Source: Yoonia sp. (GTDB taxonomy: Bacteria; Pseudomonadota; Alphaproteobacteria; Rhodobacterales; Rhodobacteraceae). Taken from it: a stretch of 64,000 nucleotides of DNA. The notes below the pieces were generated by a model. It made no database searches, was not told the DNA's origin, and worked only from the letters and a program-made list of their open reading frames with translations. This document shows positions 48,953 through 58,221 of the stretch, piece by piece. Position 1 is the first letter of the stretch. Each line of letters starts with the position of its first letter. Location of the stretch: positions 801-64,800 of the forward strand of contig JBLHXF010000014.1 of the NCBI GenBank assembly GCA_047629435.1, read 5' to 3'. The translations under genes were made by a program, and so were the position numbers.

Positions 48953-50025
48953 TCGGTACGTGTCCAGCGGTGCATGATGTCTGCCCCAACGACACGCACA
49001 TCAGCCAACTCGAACCTTGGGGCATCCACCAAAGCCTGTACCCCAAGGCCAGCCAAGGATGCTGTCCCGTCATTTCCGATCACGCATCCCGCGTCAAACA
49101 CGACCAAATCATCAACCAGACCAGCCGACAACAAAGACGCGGCCAATGCGCCGCCACCTTCGCAAAACACACGCGTGATACCGCGATCCGCAAGGGCGGC
49201 CATAGCAGCAGACATATCAATTGTACCATCAGTCGCAGGGCAAGGAATACTGATTGCCCAGTCAGGCACAGCAACATCTGACCCATGGCATTGCCAAACG
49301 GGAGCATCAACCGCACTGGCCTGCAAGTTTGGCGCAACCAGCGCCGCATTCGATACAATCACACGTACGGGCTGTCGAGACACACCCACCCCACGCACGG
49401 TCAACGTTGGATCGTCAGCACGAACCGTCCCACCACCAACCATCACAGCATCATGGCGCGCACGCATCATATGCACAGCGCGGCGTGCCTCAGGGCCCGT
49501 AATCCACTGGCTTTCACCCGTCGCAGTCGCAATACGTCCGTCCAGAGTGCTTGCTATTTTGAGGGTAAGGAAGGGACGTTTCTGCGTGATACGCGAAAAG
49601 AAACCAGCGTGATCAGCATTTGCTTGCTTGGCACAAACGCCAACATCAACCTGCACGCCAGCTGCGCGCAACATGGCAATCCCCTGCCCGCCTACACGCG
49701 GATCGGGGTCAGTTGTGGCAACAACGACACGGGTAACACCAGCATCAATCAGTGCCTGCGCACAGGGGCCGGTCTGACCAGTATGGGAACACGGTTCGAG
49801 CGTGACATAAGCAGTGGCAAAGCGGGCATCACCAGCTTGGGCCAAGGCCACAACCTCGGCATGCGGACGACCGCCATCAGCAGTACGACCACGGCCAAGA
49901 ACCGCGCCCTTACGGGCCAAAACACACCCCACGGCAGGGTTGGGCCAAACACGGCCCATCCCCCGCCGGCCCAACATCAGGGCCAGCGCCATAAAGCGGG
50001 TGTCAGTCTTCTTCTGGTTTTGCAT
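48949..50025 (-). CDS. ribD: Bifunctional deaminase/reductase RibD
   Basis: [37 protein letters not shown]. Start 50025 or 49992. Confidence 0.95.
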   Translation of the reverse strand: MQNQKKTDTRFMALALMLGRRGMGRVWPNPAVGCVLARKGAVLGRGRTADGGRPHAEVVALAQAGDARFATAYVTLEPCSHTGQTGPCAQALIDAGVTRVVVATTDPDPRVGGQGIAMLRAAGVQVDVGVCAKQANADHAGFFSRITQKRPFLTLKIASTLDGRIATATGESQWITGPEARRAVHMMRARHDAVMVGGGTVRADDPTLTVRGVGVSRQPVRVIVSNAALVAPNLQASAVDAPVWQCHGSDVAVPDWAISIPCPATDGTIDMSAAMAALADRGITRVFCEGGGALAASLLSAGLVDDLVVFDAGCVIGNDGTASLAGLGVQALVDAPRFELADVRVVGADIMHRWTRTD

Positions 50026-50473
50026 CCGGACGCAATTCGGAAACGAATTTGTCGAAATCATCAGCGGCTTGGAAGTTTTTATACACTGACGCAAACCGGA
50101 CATAGGCCACCGTATCAATCCGTGCGAGGCTTTCCATCACGATCTCACCGATTGAGGTGGATTGGATATCCGTCTCGCCCATGCTTTCCAAACGGCGCAC
50201 GATACCAGAAATCATCTGATCCATACGTTCTGGTTCTACGGGGCGTTTTTGTAGGCTGATCCGGATTGATCGTTCAAGCTTATCACGGTCGAAATCTTCG
50301 CGGCGTCCGTTTGATTTGATAACAACCAAATCGCGCAATTGGACGCGCTCATATGTTGTGAAACGTCCGCCACAGGCGGGGCAAAAACGACGGCGCCTGA
50401 TGGCAACGTGATCTTCAGCTGGGCGGGAATCTTTGACTTGTGTGTCAACGTTTCCGCAAAAGGGGCAACGCAT
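50003..50473 (-). CDS. nrdR: Transcriptional repressor NrdR
   Basis: [26 protein letters not shown]; ATP-cone; [10 protein letters not shown]. Confidence 0.98.
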   Translation of the reverse strand: MRCPFCGNVDTQVKDSRPAEDHVAIRRRRFCPACGGRFTTYERVQLRDLVVIKSNGRREDFDRDKLERSIRISLQKRPVEPERMDQMISGIVRRLESMGETDIQSTSIGEIVMESLARIDTVAYVRFASVYKNFQAADDFDKFVSELRPDAKPEED

Positions 50474-50526
50474 GGGCCAGTCCTCGTTTTTTTATTATAT
50501 ACTGCCGATCGTGGGTATTTTCCCAC

Positions 50527-50597
50527 TTATCCACAGCCACTATAGGATGCGTAGCAGAGTTTGGGTAGCCGCAAATCGCAGCCACTAAATGGTGTGT
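50527..50597. promoter_or_regulatory. Consensus DnaA box plus two NrdR-box-like sites upstream of nrdR
   Basis: TTATCCACA 50527-50535; CCACTATAGGATGCGT 50537-50552 (11/16) and CCACTAAATGGTGTGT 50582-50597 (12/16) versus ACACWATATATWGTGT. Confidence 0.5.
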
Positions 50598-52144
50598 CAG
50601 TTGGGACTCACTGGAATGTGCCAATCGCGCCCACGCGCAGTATCTACATATTCCGGCCAAGCAAAATTGATGGGCGGCTCATAATCACAAAGTGGTGGAA
50701 TATCAGTAGTTTGCTTACGCTTCTCGAACTCACGCATCGCGGAATTGCGAGCTTTGTCATCTTCTAAAATACGCAACGCTGACACGGCCAAAACCTGTGC
50801 TGCGGCCTGTACCATCGGATCAATCGTCGACGGAATTCCGCCTAATGCGTTCATCGCCCACGCGGGGTATGGGCCACCACGCATCGCAGGGCGCGCCATA
50901 TAGAACCGCGCAGTGGGCGCATGCCATGTCATATCAGTGTAATCATCCGACGTGGAATTAAGCTGCGAAGGCGGCAAACCACGACGCAAAATTGCCTCTG
51001 CCTCCTGCGGGTCAATCAACGCAGCACAGGCATCCAATAGCGGATCATCCATCGGGTCGACGCTGCAAGCCAATTGCACCTTACGCATCACATCTCGCGC
51101 GACTTCATCCCATTGCGGGGCACCTACTTGCTGAATGCCATCCCAAACAACCCGCGCCATCGCGTGGTTCGCCAGGCCCGGGCGCGATTTACACACCCAA
51201 TGTCGGGTCACCGTGCATCCGGTCATCGCAGCAATCGCATCTGCTTGGCGGTCAAGTGCGGCCGTGACCTGTTCGGCCATCTGCACTGTCGGGACACGCA
51301 TCATATATTGAATTTCAGCCAAGCCCGCAGGCAGATTATCCGCCGTCGCTTGTCCTGCGCTGATGATCGTCTCAGAGATCGACCAGCCACCTTGATGTGG
51401 CAACATCGTATCACGCAGAAACCGACCCGCCTGATACATCTGGATCAGCGCGTCATTGGCACCGGGTGCCCGGACATCAGAATGGCTTTGCGGGATTGGG
51501 GCGCCGTCGGTTGCACCCCATGTTTGCGGATCATCACAGCGAAAGCGGTAAATCATTGAATAGGCAGCCCCACAGTGGGTGTCCCAGCGCACGGTATTAC
51601 ACATCGGCAGCATATAAAATGGATGGAACGACAGCATCGCAGCAAGCCCATCATAATAGCCCTTTGCTGCATGGATCGGCTTGGACCCTCGAACTTTTTC
51701 GGCAGGCTCGCCAGTGAACCGCAAGCCGCCCCTGATCCCATGATGTTCCATCGCAGCCTTGGTCGCGAGCAATCCACCAAGCCCAGCGATCCCCAACGCT
51801 GAATGCGGATCAGTATGGCCTGCCGCCTGAAAGCCTAATTCATCACGCGGTGCGCGAATGGGCACAGCGGCCTGACAATTCGCAGGAACAGCATCATATT
51901 CGGCGTACATGCCAACCGTAGGACCAGCCCCATTGGACCATTCAGCGCAAAACGCAGTTGGCATACCACCAGAACCTTCTTCAACGGTGAACCCAGCCTT
52001 GCGCAACTCGGTCACATACCAAGCCGCAGACCGATATTCCCGCCAAGCGGGTTCGGCATAGTCAAAAATGGTCGCGCAGCCCCGCGACAAATAGTCGGCG
52101 TTGGCTACAATATGGGCACGGGCGGTGTGGATGGCATCGGTCAT
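50597..52144 (-). CDS. M20 family amidohydrolase, AbgB-like
   Basis: AEYDA, GHTDPH, GEPAEK, FHP, STSDD. Confidence 0.82.
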   Translation of the reverse strand: MTDAIHTARAHIVANADYLSRGCATIFDYAEPAWREYRSAAWYVTELRKAGFTVEEGSGGMPTAFCAEWSNGAGPTVGMYAEYDAVPANCQAAVPIRAPRDELGFQAAGHTDPHSALGIAGLGGLLATKAAMEHHGIRGGLRFTGEPAEKVRGSKPIHAAKGYYDGLAAMLSFHPFYMLPMCNTVRWDTHCGAAYSMIYRFRCDDPQTWGATDGAPIPQSHSDVRAPGANDALIQMYQAGRFLRDTMLPHQGGWSISETIISAGQATADNLPAGLAEIQYMMRVPTVQMAEQVTAALDRQADAIAAMTGCTVTRHWVCKSRPGLANHAMARVVWDGIQQVGAPQWDEVARDVMRKVQLACSVDPMDDPLLDACAALIDPQEAEAILRRGLPPSQLNSTSDDYTDMTWHAPTARFYMARPAMRGGPYPAWAMNALGGIPSTIDPMVQAAAQVLAVSALRILEDDKARNSAMREFEKRKQTTDIPPLCDYEPPINFAWPEYVDTARGRDWHIPVSPN

Positions 52145-52175
52145 GCTGCCATTGGGCGCAATCACGACCCCCAAG

Positions 52176-52574
52176 TCAATCCGACATATGCGCAATCACG
52201 CGACGGGTGTGCGGGGCATCGCGATGTTCGAAAAGATACATCCCTTGCCACGTTCCCAGCTGTATCCGCCCATTCAGCACAGGAATAGACAAATGTGTCG
52301 GCATCATCGCAGCCTTAATATGGGCGGGCATATCGTCAGGTCCTTCATAAGTATGGGTCAAATACGCCATCGACGGATCAGTTGTCGGTGGGACCAAGCG
52401 CGCAAAGAAATTCTGTAAATCCGCTTGCACCTCTGGGTCCGCATTTTCTTGGATCAACAGGCTACACGACGTGTGTTGAACAAATAGGGTCAGCAGACCC
52501 GTGCCGTGAACCTGCACCTGATCAGTAAATTCATAGAGTCCGGCGCCAGTAGTCACGATCTGGATCGTCTGCAT
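52176..52574 (-). CDS. yjbQ: YjbQ/UPF0047 family protein
   Basis: HTSCSL..ENADP, HTYEGPDDMPAHIK, LGTWQG. Confidence 0.92.
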   Translation of the reverse strand: MQTIQIVTTGAGLYEFTDQVQVHGTGLLTLFVQHTSCSLLIQENADPEVQADLQNFFARLVPPTTDPSMAYLTHTYEGPDDMPAHIKAAMMPTHLSIPVLNGRIQLGTWQGMYLFEHRDAPHTRRVIAHMSD

Positions 52575-52720
52575 CGCAACTCCCCCTACGGCAAAGCGAA
52601 CGGCCCTGCCGATCAATCTATTGTTAGGCTTTTATAATCGCAGAAGAAGGTTGGCACAAATTGGAAACCATAAACTTTGACGACCAATAATGTGTCCCTC
52701 GAAACTAACCTTGGTCGATT

Positions 52721-53230
52721 TCAATCAGGCAATTCAACCCATTCACGCGTGTTATCGACCCAAACAAACCCGAGGCTCTCTTTAATCTTCCAAATATCAT
52801 CAGCCCAAATGAACTCAATCTTCGAACGATCACAATCAAGATCCATGAAAATTTCACCATAGCGAGCGACACTCACCGCGCCAAAGTTACGGTTTGGAAC
52901 GTCCTCATAAGTCTCGTCACCCCACGGGCGCTCATACCCGCCGTGAACCGAATAGGCATAATTCCCATTCTCAAAGCTAATCTCTTCCCAAATGTCTTTC
53001 CCGAGGCCATTCCATGGGCGGTAATCAAGATCGGCAATCGAAGCTGTTAGCGCGAGTTCAGGCACCTGCCCTGCAATACCAAACCGGTAATATGCGTTGG
53101 TATCGTCGTAGCAGACATCCAACGTCTTGCTGCTATCTTCAATCTGGCATGACATGAATGTTAGTTCGGCATCAGAGCAACCCGCCACAGCAGGATTCGC
53201 AAACACGACAAAAGCAAAAAGGTATTTCAT
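52721..53230 (-). CDS. Secreted hypothetical protein
   Basis: MKYLFAFVVFANPAVAG signal, four Cys, acidic; patchy lower GC. Confidence 0.7.
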   Translation of the reverse strand: MKYLFAFVVFANPAVAGCSDAELTFMSCQIEDSSKTLDVCYDDTNAYYRFGIAGQVPELALTASIADLDYRPWNGLGKDIWEEISFENGNYAYSVHGGYERPWGDETYEDVPNRNFGAVSVARYGEIFMDLDCDRSKIEFIWADDIWKIKESLGFVWVDNTREWVELPD

Positions 53231-53310
53231 CAAAGTATTCCTCTGGAAATATGTGGATCTCGCCTGCGCGCAACCAAAACATACTCTTTCCAAAAAAAGT
53301 TGCCCAATCT

Positions 53311-53580
53311 CTATTTACGAAACAGCGTTTTGCCTTGCTCATCAATCACTTGTTTGGCTTTCGCCAAAGAGATTGCAGTCGCTTGTTCAAGATCATCGAA
53401 CGTATCCGCACGAATGACCTGTTGAATCAATATTTCACCCTCAACATCTTTTTCAATGCGGGCGGCCAAACGGTACTTTGATCCTTCTGGTACAGGAGCA
53501 ACAAAAATGCGGAAACCGTTGTAGGTTTCCGCAAGTTCTTCTGCTTTTTTGCCGCCAAATAGCCGCTTTAGCAAAGACAT
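53311..53580 (-). CDS. HlyU-family small protein (alphaproteobacterial type)
   Basis: MSLLKRLFG, Y.GFRI..P..EG..YRLA..I.K, IRAD, DEQG; 2 nt downstream of rpoD. Confidence 0.75.
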   Translation of the reverse strand: MSLLKRLFGGKKAEELAETYNGFRIFVAPVPEGSKYRLAARIEKDVEGEILIQQVIRADTFDDLEQATAISLAKAKQVIDEQGKTLFRK

Positions 53581-53582
53581 CT

Positions 53583-55562
53583 TTACTGATCCAAGAAGCT
53601 ACGCAATTTGCGCGAACGGCTTGGGTGTTTCAACTTACGCAGTGCCTTGGCTTCGATCTGGCGAATACGCTCGCGCGTCACGCTGAACTGCTGGCCCACT
53701 TCTTCGAGAGTGTGGTCGGTGTTCATGCCGATACCAAAACGCATGCGCAGCACACGTTCTTCACGCGGCGTAAGCGACGCCAGAACACGTGTCGTGGTTT
53801 CCTTCAGATTTTCCTGAATGGCAGAATCCAGCGGCAGAATCGCGTTCTTGTCTTCGATGAAGTCGCCCAGCTGGCTGTCTTCCTCGTCGCCAATTGGCGT
53901 TTCCAAGGATATAGGTTCCTTGGCAATCTTCATAACCTTGCGGACTTTTTCCAAAGGCATCTGCAGCTTTTCTGCCAATTCCTCTGGTGTCGGCTCGCGA
54001 CCAATTTCGTGCAACATCTGGCGACCCGTGCGGACCAGCTTGTTAATCGTCTCGATCATATGAACCGGAATACGGATCGTACGGGCCTGATCGGCAATAG
54101 AACGCGTGATCGCTTGACGGATCCACCACGTGGCGTAAGTCGAGAACTTATACCCACGGCGATATTCAAACTTATCCACTGCCTTCATTAGGCCAATGTT
54201 ACCTTCTTGAATAAGATCAAGGAATTGCAGGCCACGGTTCGTATATTTTTTAGCGATCGAAATAACCAAACGCAGGTTTGCTTCGACCATTTCTTTCTTG
54301 GCCTGACGGGCTTCTTTTTCGCCCTTTTGAACCTGCTGCACAATGCGGCGAAATTCTGTGATATCAACGCCGACATACTGTCCAACTTGGGCCATATCGC
54401 CGCGTAGTTCTTCGATCTTGTCCAGTGACCGCTCAATAAGCGCTTGCCAACCACGACCCGACTTCTGGCCCATTTCGCCGATCCAATTCGGATCCAACTC
54501 GCGTCCTTTATATTCGTCGATGAATTCGCGGCGGTTGATACGGGCTTGGTCAGCCAGTTTAACCATCGCGCTATCGATCGACATGATACGACGGTTGATG
54601 CCGTACAATTGGTCAATCAACGCCTCAATCCGGTTGTTATGCAGGTGAAGCGAATTCACCAAAACAACAATTTCAGACCGCAGTTTTTGATACTTCTTTT
54701 CTTCTTTTTCAGTGAACGATGAATCCTCGTTCAACGTGGCAGACATACGCGCGTCTTGCATATCAGACAGCTTACCAAACCCACGGGCGATCACCTCAAG
54801 GGTCTCCAACACGCGTGGCTTTAGTGCAGCTTCCATCGCGGCCAGCGACATGTTGGCCTGATCGTCCTCGTCGTCGTCGTCGTCCTTAGCAATTGGATTG
54901 CCGTCGGCGTCCAATTCCTGAGCAGTCTCTTTTTCAACAGCCGGGGCGCCAGCCACAATTGGCGCAACAACAGCGGCTTCGCCCTCTTCTTCAAGCTGAT
55001 CACTAAACGTGGTCTCAAGGTCGATCACGTCGCGCAGCAAAATATCTTCTGACAGCAATTCGTCGCGCCAGATCGTGATCGCTTGGAATGTCAGCGGGCT
55101 TTCGCACAGCCCAAGGATCATCGTGTTTCGGCCAGCCTCGATACGCTTGGCAATCGCAATTTCGCCCTCACGGGACAACAACTCGACGCTGCCCATCTCG
55201 CGCAGATACATGCGGACAGGGTCATCAGTGCGGTCAAGCTTTTCAGCTTCAGCACCGCCCAAGATCACTTCGCGCGATCCCGCAACAGTGGCAACATCAG
55301 TGCCGCCCTGCGGATCTTCGGATTCTTCAGATTCTTCCTGCTCGGTTACCTGAATGCCCATTTCGGACAGCATCGACATGACATCTTCGATTTGATCCGA
55401 CGACACCTGCTCTGGCGGCAGAACCGCGTTCAGCTGGTCATATGTGATGTAACCACGCTCGCGCGCGTCCGCGATCATCTTTTTGACTGCCGCTTGGGAC
55501 ATATCAAGGCTGATGTCGCCGTCCTGGTCGTCCTTGCGGTCGTCGTTGTCTTTAGCGGCCAT
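53583..55562 (-). CDS. rpoD: RNA polymerase sigma-70 factor
   Basis: [60 protein letters not shown]. Confidence 0.99.
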   Translation of the reverse strand: MAAKDNDDRKDDQDGDISLDMSQAAVKKMIADARERGYITYDQLNAVLPPEQVSSDQIEDVMSMLSEMGIQVTEQEESEESEDPQGGTDVATVAGSREVILGGAEAEKLDRTDDPVRMYLREMGSVELLSREGEIAIAKRIEAGRNTMILGLCESPLTFQAITIWRDELLSEDILLRDVIDLETTFSDQLEEEGEAAVVAPIVAGAPAVEKETAQELDADGNPIAKDDDDDEDDQANMSLAAMEAALKPRVLETLEVIARGFGKLSDMQDARMSATLNEDSSFTEKEEKKYQKLRSEIVVLVNSLHLHNNRIEALIDQLYGINRRIMSIDSAMVKLADQARINRREFIDEYKGRELDPNWIGEMGQKSGRGWQALIERSLDKIEELRGDMAQVGQYVGVDITEFRRIVQQVQKGEKEARQAKKEMVEANLRLVISIAKKYTNRGLQFLDLIQEGNIGLMKAVDKFEYRRGYKFSTYATWWIRQAITRSIADQARTIRIPVHMIETINKLVRTGRQMLHEIGREPTPEELAEKLQMPLEKVRKVMKIAKEPISLETPIGDEEDSQLGDFIEDKNAILPLDSAIQENLKETTTRVLASLTPREERVLRMRFGIGMNTDHTLEEVGQQFSVTRERIRQIEAKALRKLKHPSRSRKLRSFLDQ

Positions 55563-55582
55563 GAGCAGGTTCCTTCAAGATA

Positions 55583-55646
55583 GAATCACTCGCAAGTGAT
55601 TCGACTGATTCGGTTCGTTCGAATCAATCCCGATTCGGGGTGATTC
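55583..55646. promoter_or_regulatory. Array of six GANTC (CcrM) sites upstream of rpoD
   Basis: GAWTC at 55583, 55598, 55607, 55621, 55632 and 55642; five fit YGAKTCG on one strand. Confidence 0.75.
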
Positions 55647-55687
55647 GCAACCGTAACAGCCATTGTTTTTAAATTATGTTGCGCGCC

Positions 55688-57661
55688 CTATGACTTAGGG
55701 CCATTCTCGTCTTTGCCAAAGCCGATCCGGCCAAGTAAATCATCCAATGCGCTACGTTCGTCTTTCTTGATCAGCGCGCCGTTTTCACCCTTGTCGTATT
55801 CGGCACTATCATCATCATCTTGGCGGATTGTTGTATCCACGGACGCGGCTGCACGTGACAGTCGCCAGGTCACGCCCTCGTCCACAAGCCCCGCCATATC
55901 GTCCATCCCATCACTCAGCTCTCGCAGGTGACCGCGGCGCGACATTAATTTCCCTAATTCCTCCGTCAAAGACTGCGTTGCAATCTCCACGTTCCCTGCC
56001 TTGCGTACTGACGGGGCCAACTGCAAATGAGGACTGCGCATTAGCTTTTCAAGGGCATCCGGCCCAACATCTGCAACAACATCCGCCATCACGTCAGCGG
56101 CCAGCGCATGACGCAAGATCGCAGCCCGCAAATGGGCATGATCTGGGTCGCGGCATTCCATACGCTCAATATCTGGCTCGAACGCAGAAATCACCGCAGG
56201 TGTGTTCAGCAACGTCGCCAAAATCACCGCCTCACGCATATGATCCGCGTCCGCAGCACCCGATCCAAGCGCAGACATCTTGCTTGCTGCCATCGGCGAA
56301 ATATCCCGCTGCCAGGTTTCTTGATTGCGCGACCAAGCAGCCCGCTGACCGCGCTGTTGCGCAGGCCCCGTTTGCTTGCGGGTGCTAAATAGGTCCCAGC
56401 GCATCTGCTTGATCGCCTCGCCGTAATGACTCCGGATCGACGGGTCCGCGATCAATTTAATCTTTTCGCGCAACACTCTATCCAGCCCAGCTTTACGCTC
56501 TGGGCTATCAAACACCTTGCCATCCGTCTCGCGACGCCACAGCAATTGCACCATCGGGATGGCATTATCCAACAGCTCTTGCATCGCGGCCTTACCCTTC
56601 GATTTTAGCACATCATCAGGGTCCATACCCTCTGGCATTAACGCAAACCGCAACGATTGACCCGCCTCTAACAACGGCAGCGCAATATCAATCACCCGCA
56701 TGGCCGCACGCACACCTGCGGTATCACCATCAAGTGCGATGATCGGTTCAGGGGCTATTCGCCACATCAAACGTAACTGATCCTCGGTAATTGCTGTCCC
56801 TAACGGGGCAACAGTCGCGCCAAACCCAGACTCCGACAGCGCAATAACATCCATGTACCCCTCGGCCACAACAAGCGGGGCACCCTTCCCCGCCGCCTCA
56901 CGTGCAGGACCGTGATTGTACAAACTACGGCCCTTATCGAACAAAGGCGTTTCTGGAGAGTTAAGATACTTCGCACGCGCATTCGGATCCATCGCACGGC
57001 CACCAAGACCAACCGGTCGGCTCCGCCCATCGCGAATGGGAAAGATAATACGACCACGAAACCGGTCATAAGGGCTGCCACCACGGTCACTTTCGGCGGC
57101 CAACCCAGCCTCGATGACCAGCTTTGGATCAACGCCCTTGCCCACAAGATGGGCCATCACGCCGCCATTCGCAGGGGCAAACCCAATATCCCAACGGTCC
57201 AAACTCGTCGCATCAAACCCGCGACGGACCAAATATTCACGCGCCTCAGCGGCCATGCCAGTGTTCAACTGCATCCGGTGCCATTGCACCGCTTGCTCCA
57301 TCACGTCCGTCAGTTGGGTCCGTTTATCAGACTTCTCTTGGGCGCGCGGATCATTGGCAGGCACTGGCAATCCAGCCTCGCCAGCCAAAATCTTAACCGC
57401 CTCCATGAAATCCACATTCTCGGTTTCGCGCACAAACGTAATCGCGTCACCCTTCGCGTGACAGCCAAAGCAGTAATAAAAACCCTTACGGTCATCGACA
57501 TGGAAACTGGCAGATTTTTCCTGATGGAACGGGCACGGGGCCCAAAGGTCGCCCTTACCCTGATTGGACTTGCGCGTGTCCCATATGACTTTGCGGCCCA
57601 CAACCTGTCCTAACGACAGGCGGGTGCGTAACTCGTCTAAGAATCCGGGGGGCAAGCTCAT
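55688..57661 (-). CDS. dnaG: DNA primase
   Basis: CPFHQEKSASF..YYCFGC Zn finger, DRFRGRIIFPI, AKYLNSPET, EGYMDV, DGDTAG, DPDD. Confidence 0.98.
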   Translation of the reverse strand: MSLPPGFLDELRTRLSLGQVVGRKVIWDTRKSNQGKGDLWAPCPFHQEKSASFHVDDRKGFYYCFGCHAKGDAITFVRETENVDFMEAVKILAGEAGLPVPANDPRAQEKSDKRTQLTDVMEQAVQWHRMQLNTGMAAEAREYLVRRGFDATSLDRWDIGFAPANGGVMAHLVGKGVDPKLVIEAGLAAESDRGGSPYDRFRGRIIFPIRDGRSRPVGLGGRAMDPNARAKYLNSPETPLFDKGRSLYNHGPAREAAGKGAPLVVAEGYMDVIALSESGFGATVAPLGTAITEDQLRLMWRIAPEPIIALDGDTAGVRAAMRVIDIALPLLEAGQSLRFALMPEGMDPDDVLKSKGKAAMQELLDNAIPMVQLLWRRETDGKVFDSPERKAGLDRVLREKIKLIADPSIRSHYGEAIKQMRWDLFSTRKQTGPAQQRGQRAAWSRNQETWQRDISPMAASKMSALGSGAADADHMREAVILATLLNTPAVISAFEPDIERMECRDPDHAHLRAAILRHALAADVMADVVADVGPDALEKLMRSPHLQLAPSVRKAGNVEIATQSLTEELGKLMSRRGHLRELSDGMDDMAGLVDEGVTWRLSRAAASVDTTIRQDDDDSAEYDKGENGALIKKDERSALDDLLGRIGFGKDENGPKS

Positions 57662-57711
57662 GCGCACATTATCTGCCGATCCATCACCAGAGTCGACCCA
57701 ACAACATCTAA

Positions 57712-58221
57712 CTAACCGCGCGCAGCAATCGCCTCAGCAGCAGTTGTCAGATCGTGCACCAACGTCCGCGCCATCGACCGCATAACCATCACCTCAAATC
57801 GATCATCGGCAACACAGGTAATATGCGCCGTCATATGCCCGATAAGCGTGCGCATCACAGCCCCCGCAGGCACCCACAAATCAACCGGCACCAGCCGCGC
57901 CAACACGGCCTGCGCATCTCCTGACACCGCGACCACAGCCCAAGCATCACTTTGGTCGGTCACAGCGGCAGGCATATCCGGCACGGTATCCGCAAATACG
58001 ATGACCTGATCCAACCCAAACCAAACAGCATGCGGTAACAGTTGACCAACGTCGGGCCAAACAATGTCGACCTTCTTTAACGCGGCCATACAAGCCTTCT
58101 CTGACCCAACAAACGGCGACACAGACCACATCGGTCCTTTATCCACCTCGGCCAAGGTCACAGACCCAATCGTGACAGGCAACAGCCCAGCGCAGGCACT
58201 CATTGCTTTCAACTCAACCAC
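57712..58221 (-). CDS. soxG: Sarcosine oxidase subunit gamma
   Basis: DQSDAW, LARLVPVDL, RT, VMRSMA; GTG start overlapping the soxA stop. Confidence 0.85.
   Translation of the reverse strand: MVELKAMSACAGLLPVTIGSVTLAEVDKGPMWSVSPFVGSEKACMAALKKVDIVWPDVGQLLPHAVWFGLDQVIVFADTVPDMPAAVTDQSDAWAVVAVSGDAQAVLARLVPVDLWVPAGAVMRTLIGHMTAHITCVADDRFEVMVMRSMARTLVHDLTTAAEAIAARG

Noticed and set aside
49285-50259. 324-aa plus-strand ORF
   Set aside because: Antisense to ribD and nrdR; His/Thr/Arg-rich composition reflects strand skew.
53478-54191. 237-aa plus-strand ORF (and similar ones at 55083-55583 and 56912-57613)
   Set aside because: Typical antisense frames opposite the highly conserved rpoD and dnaG.
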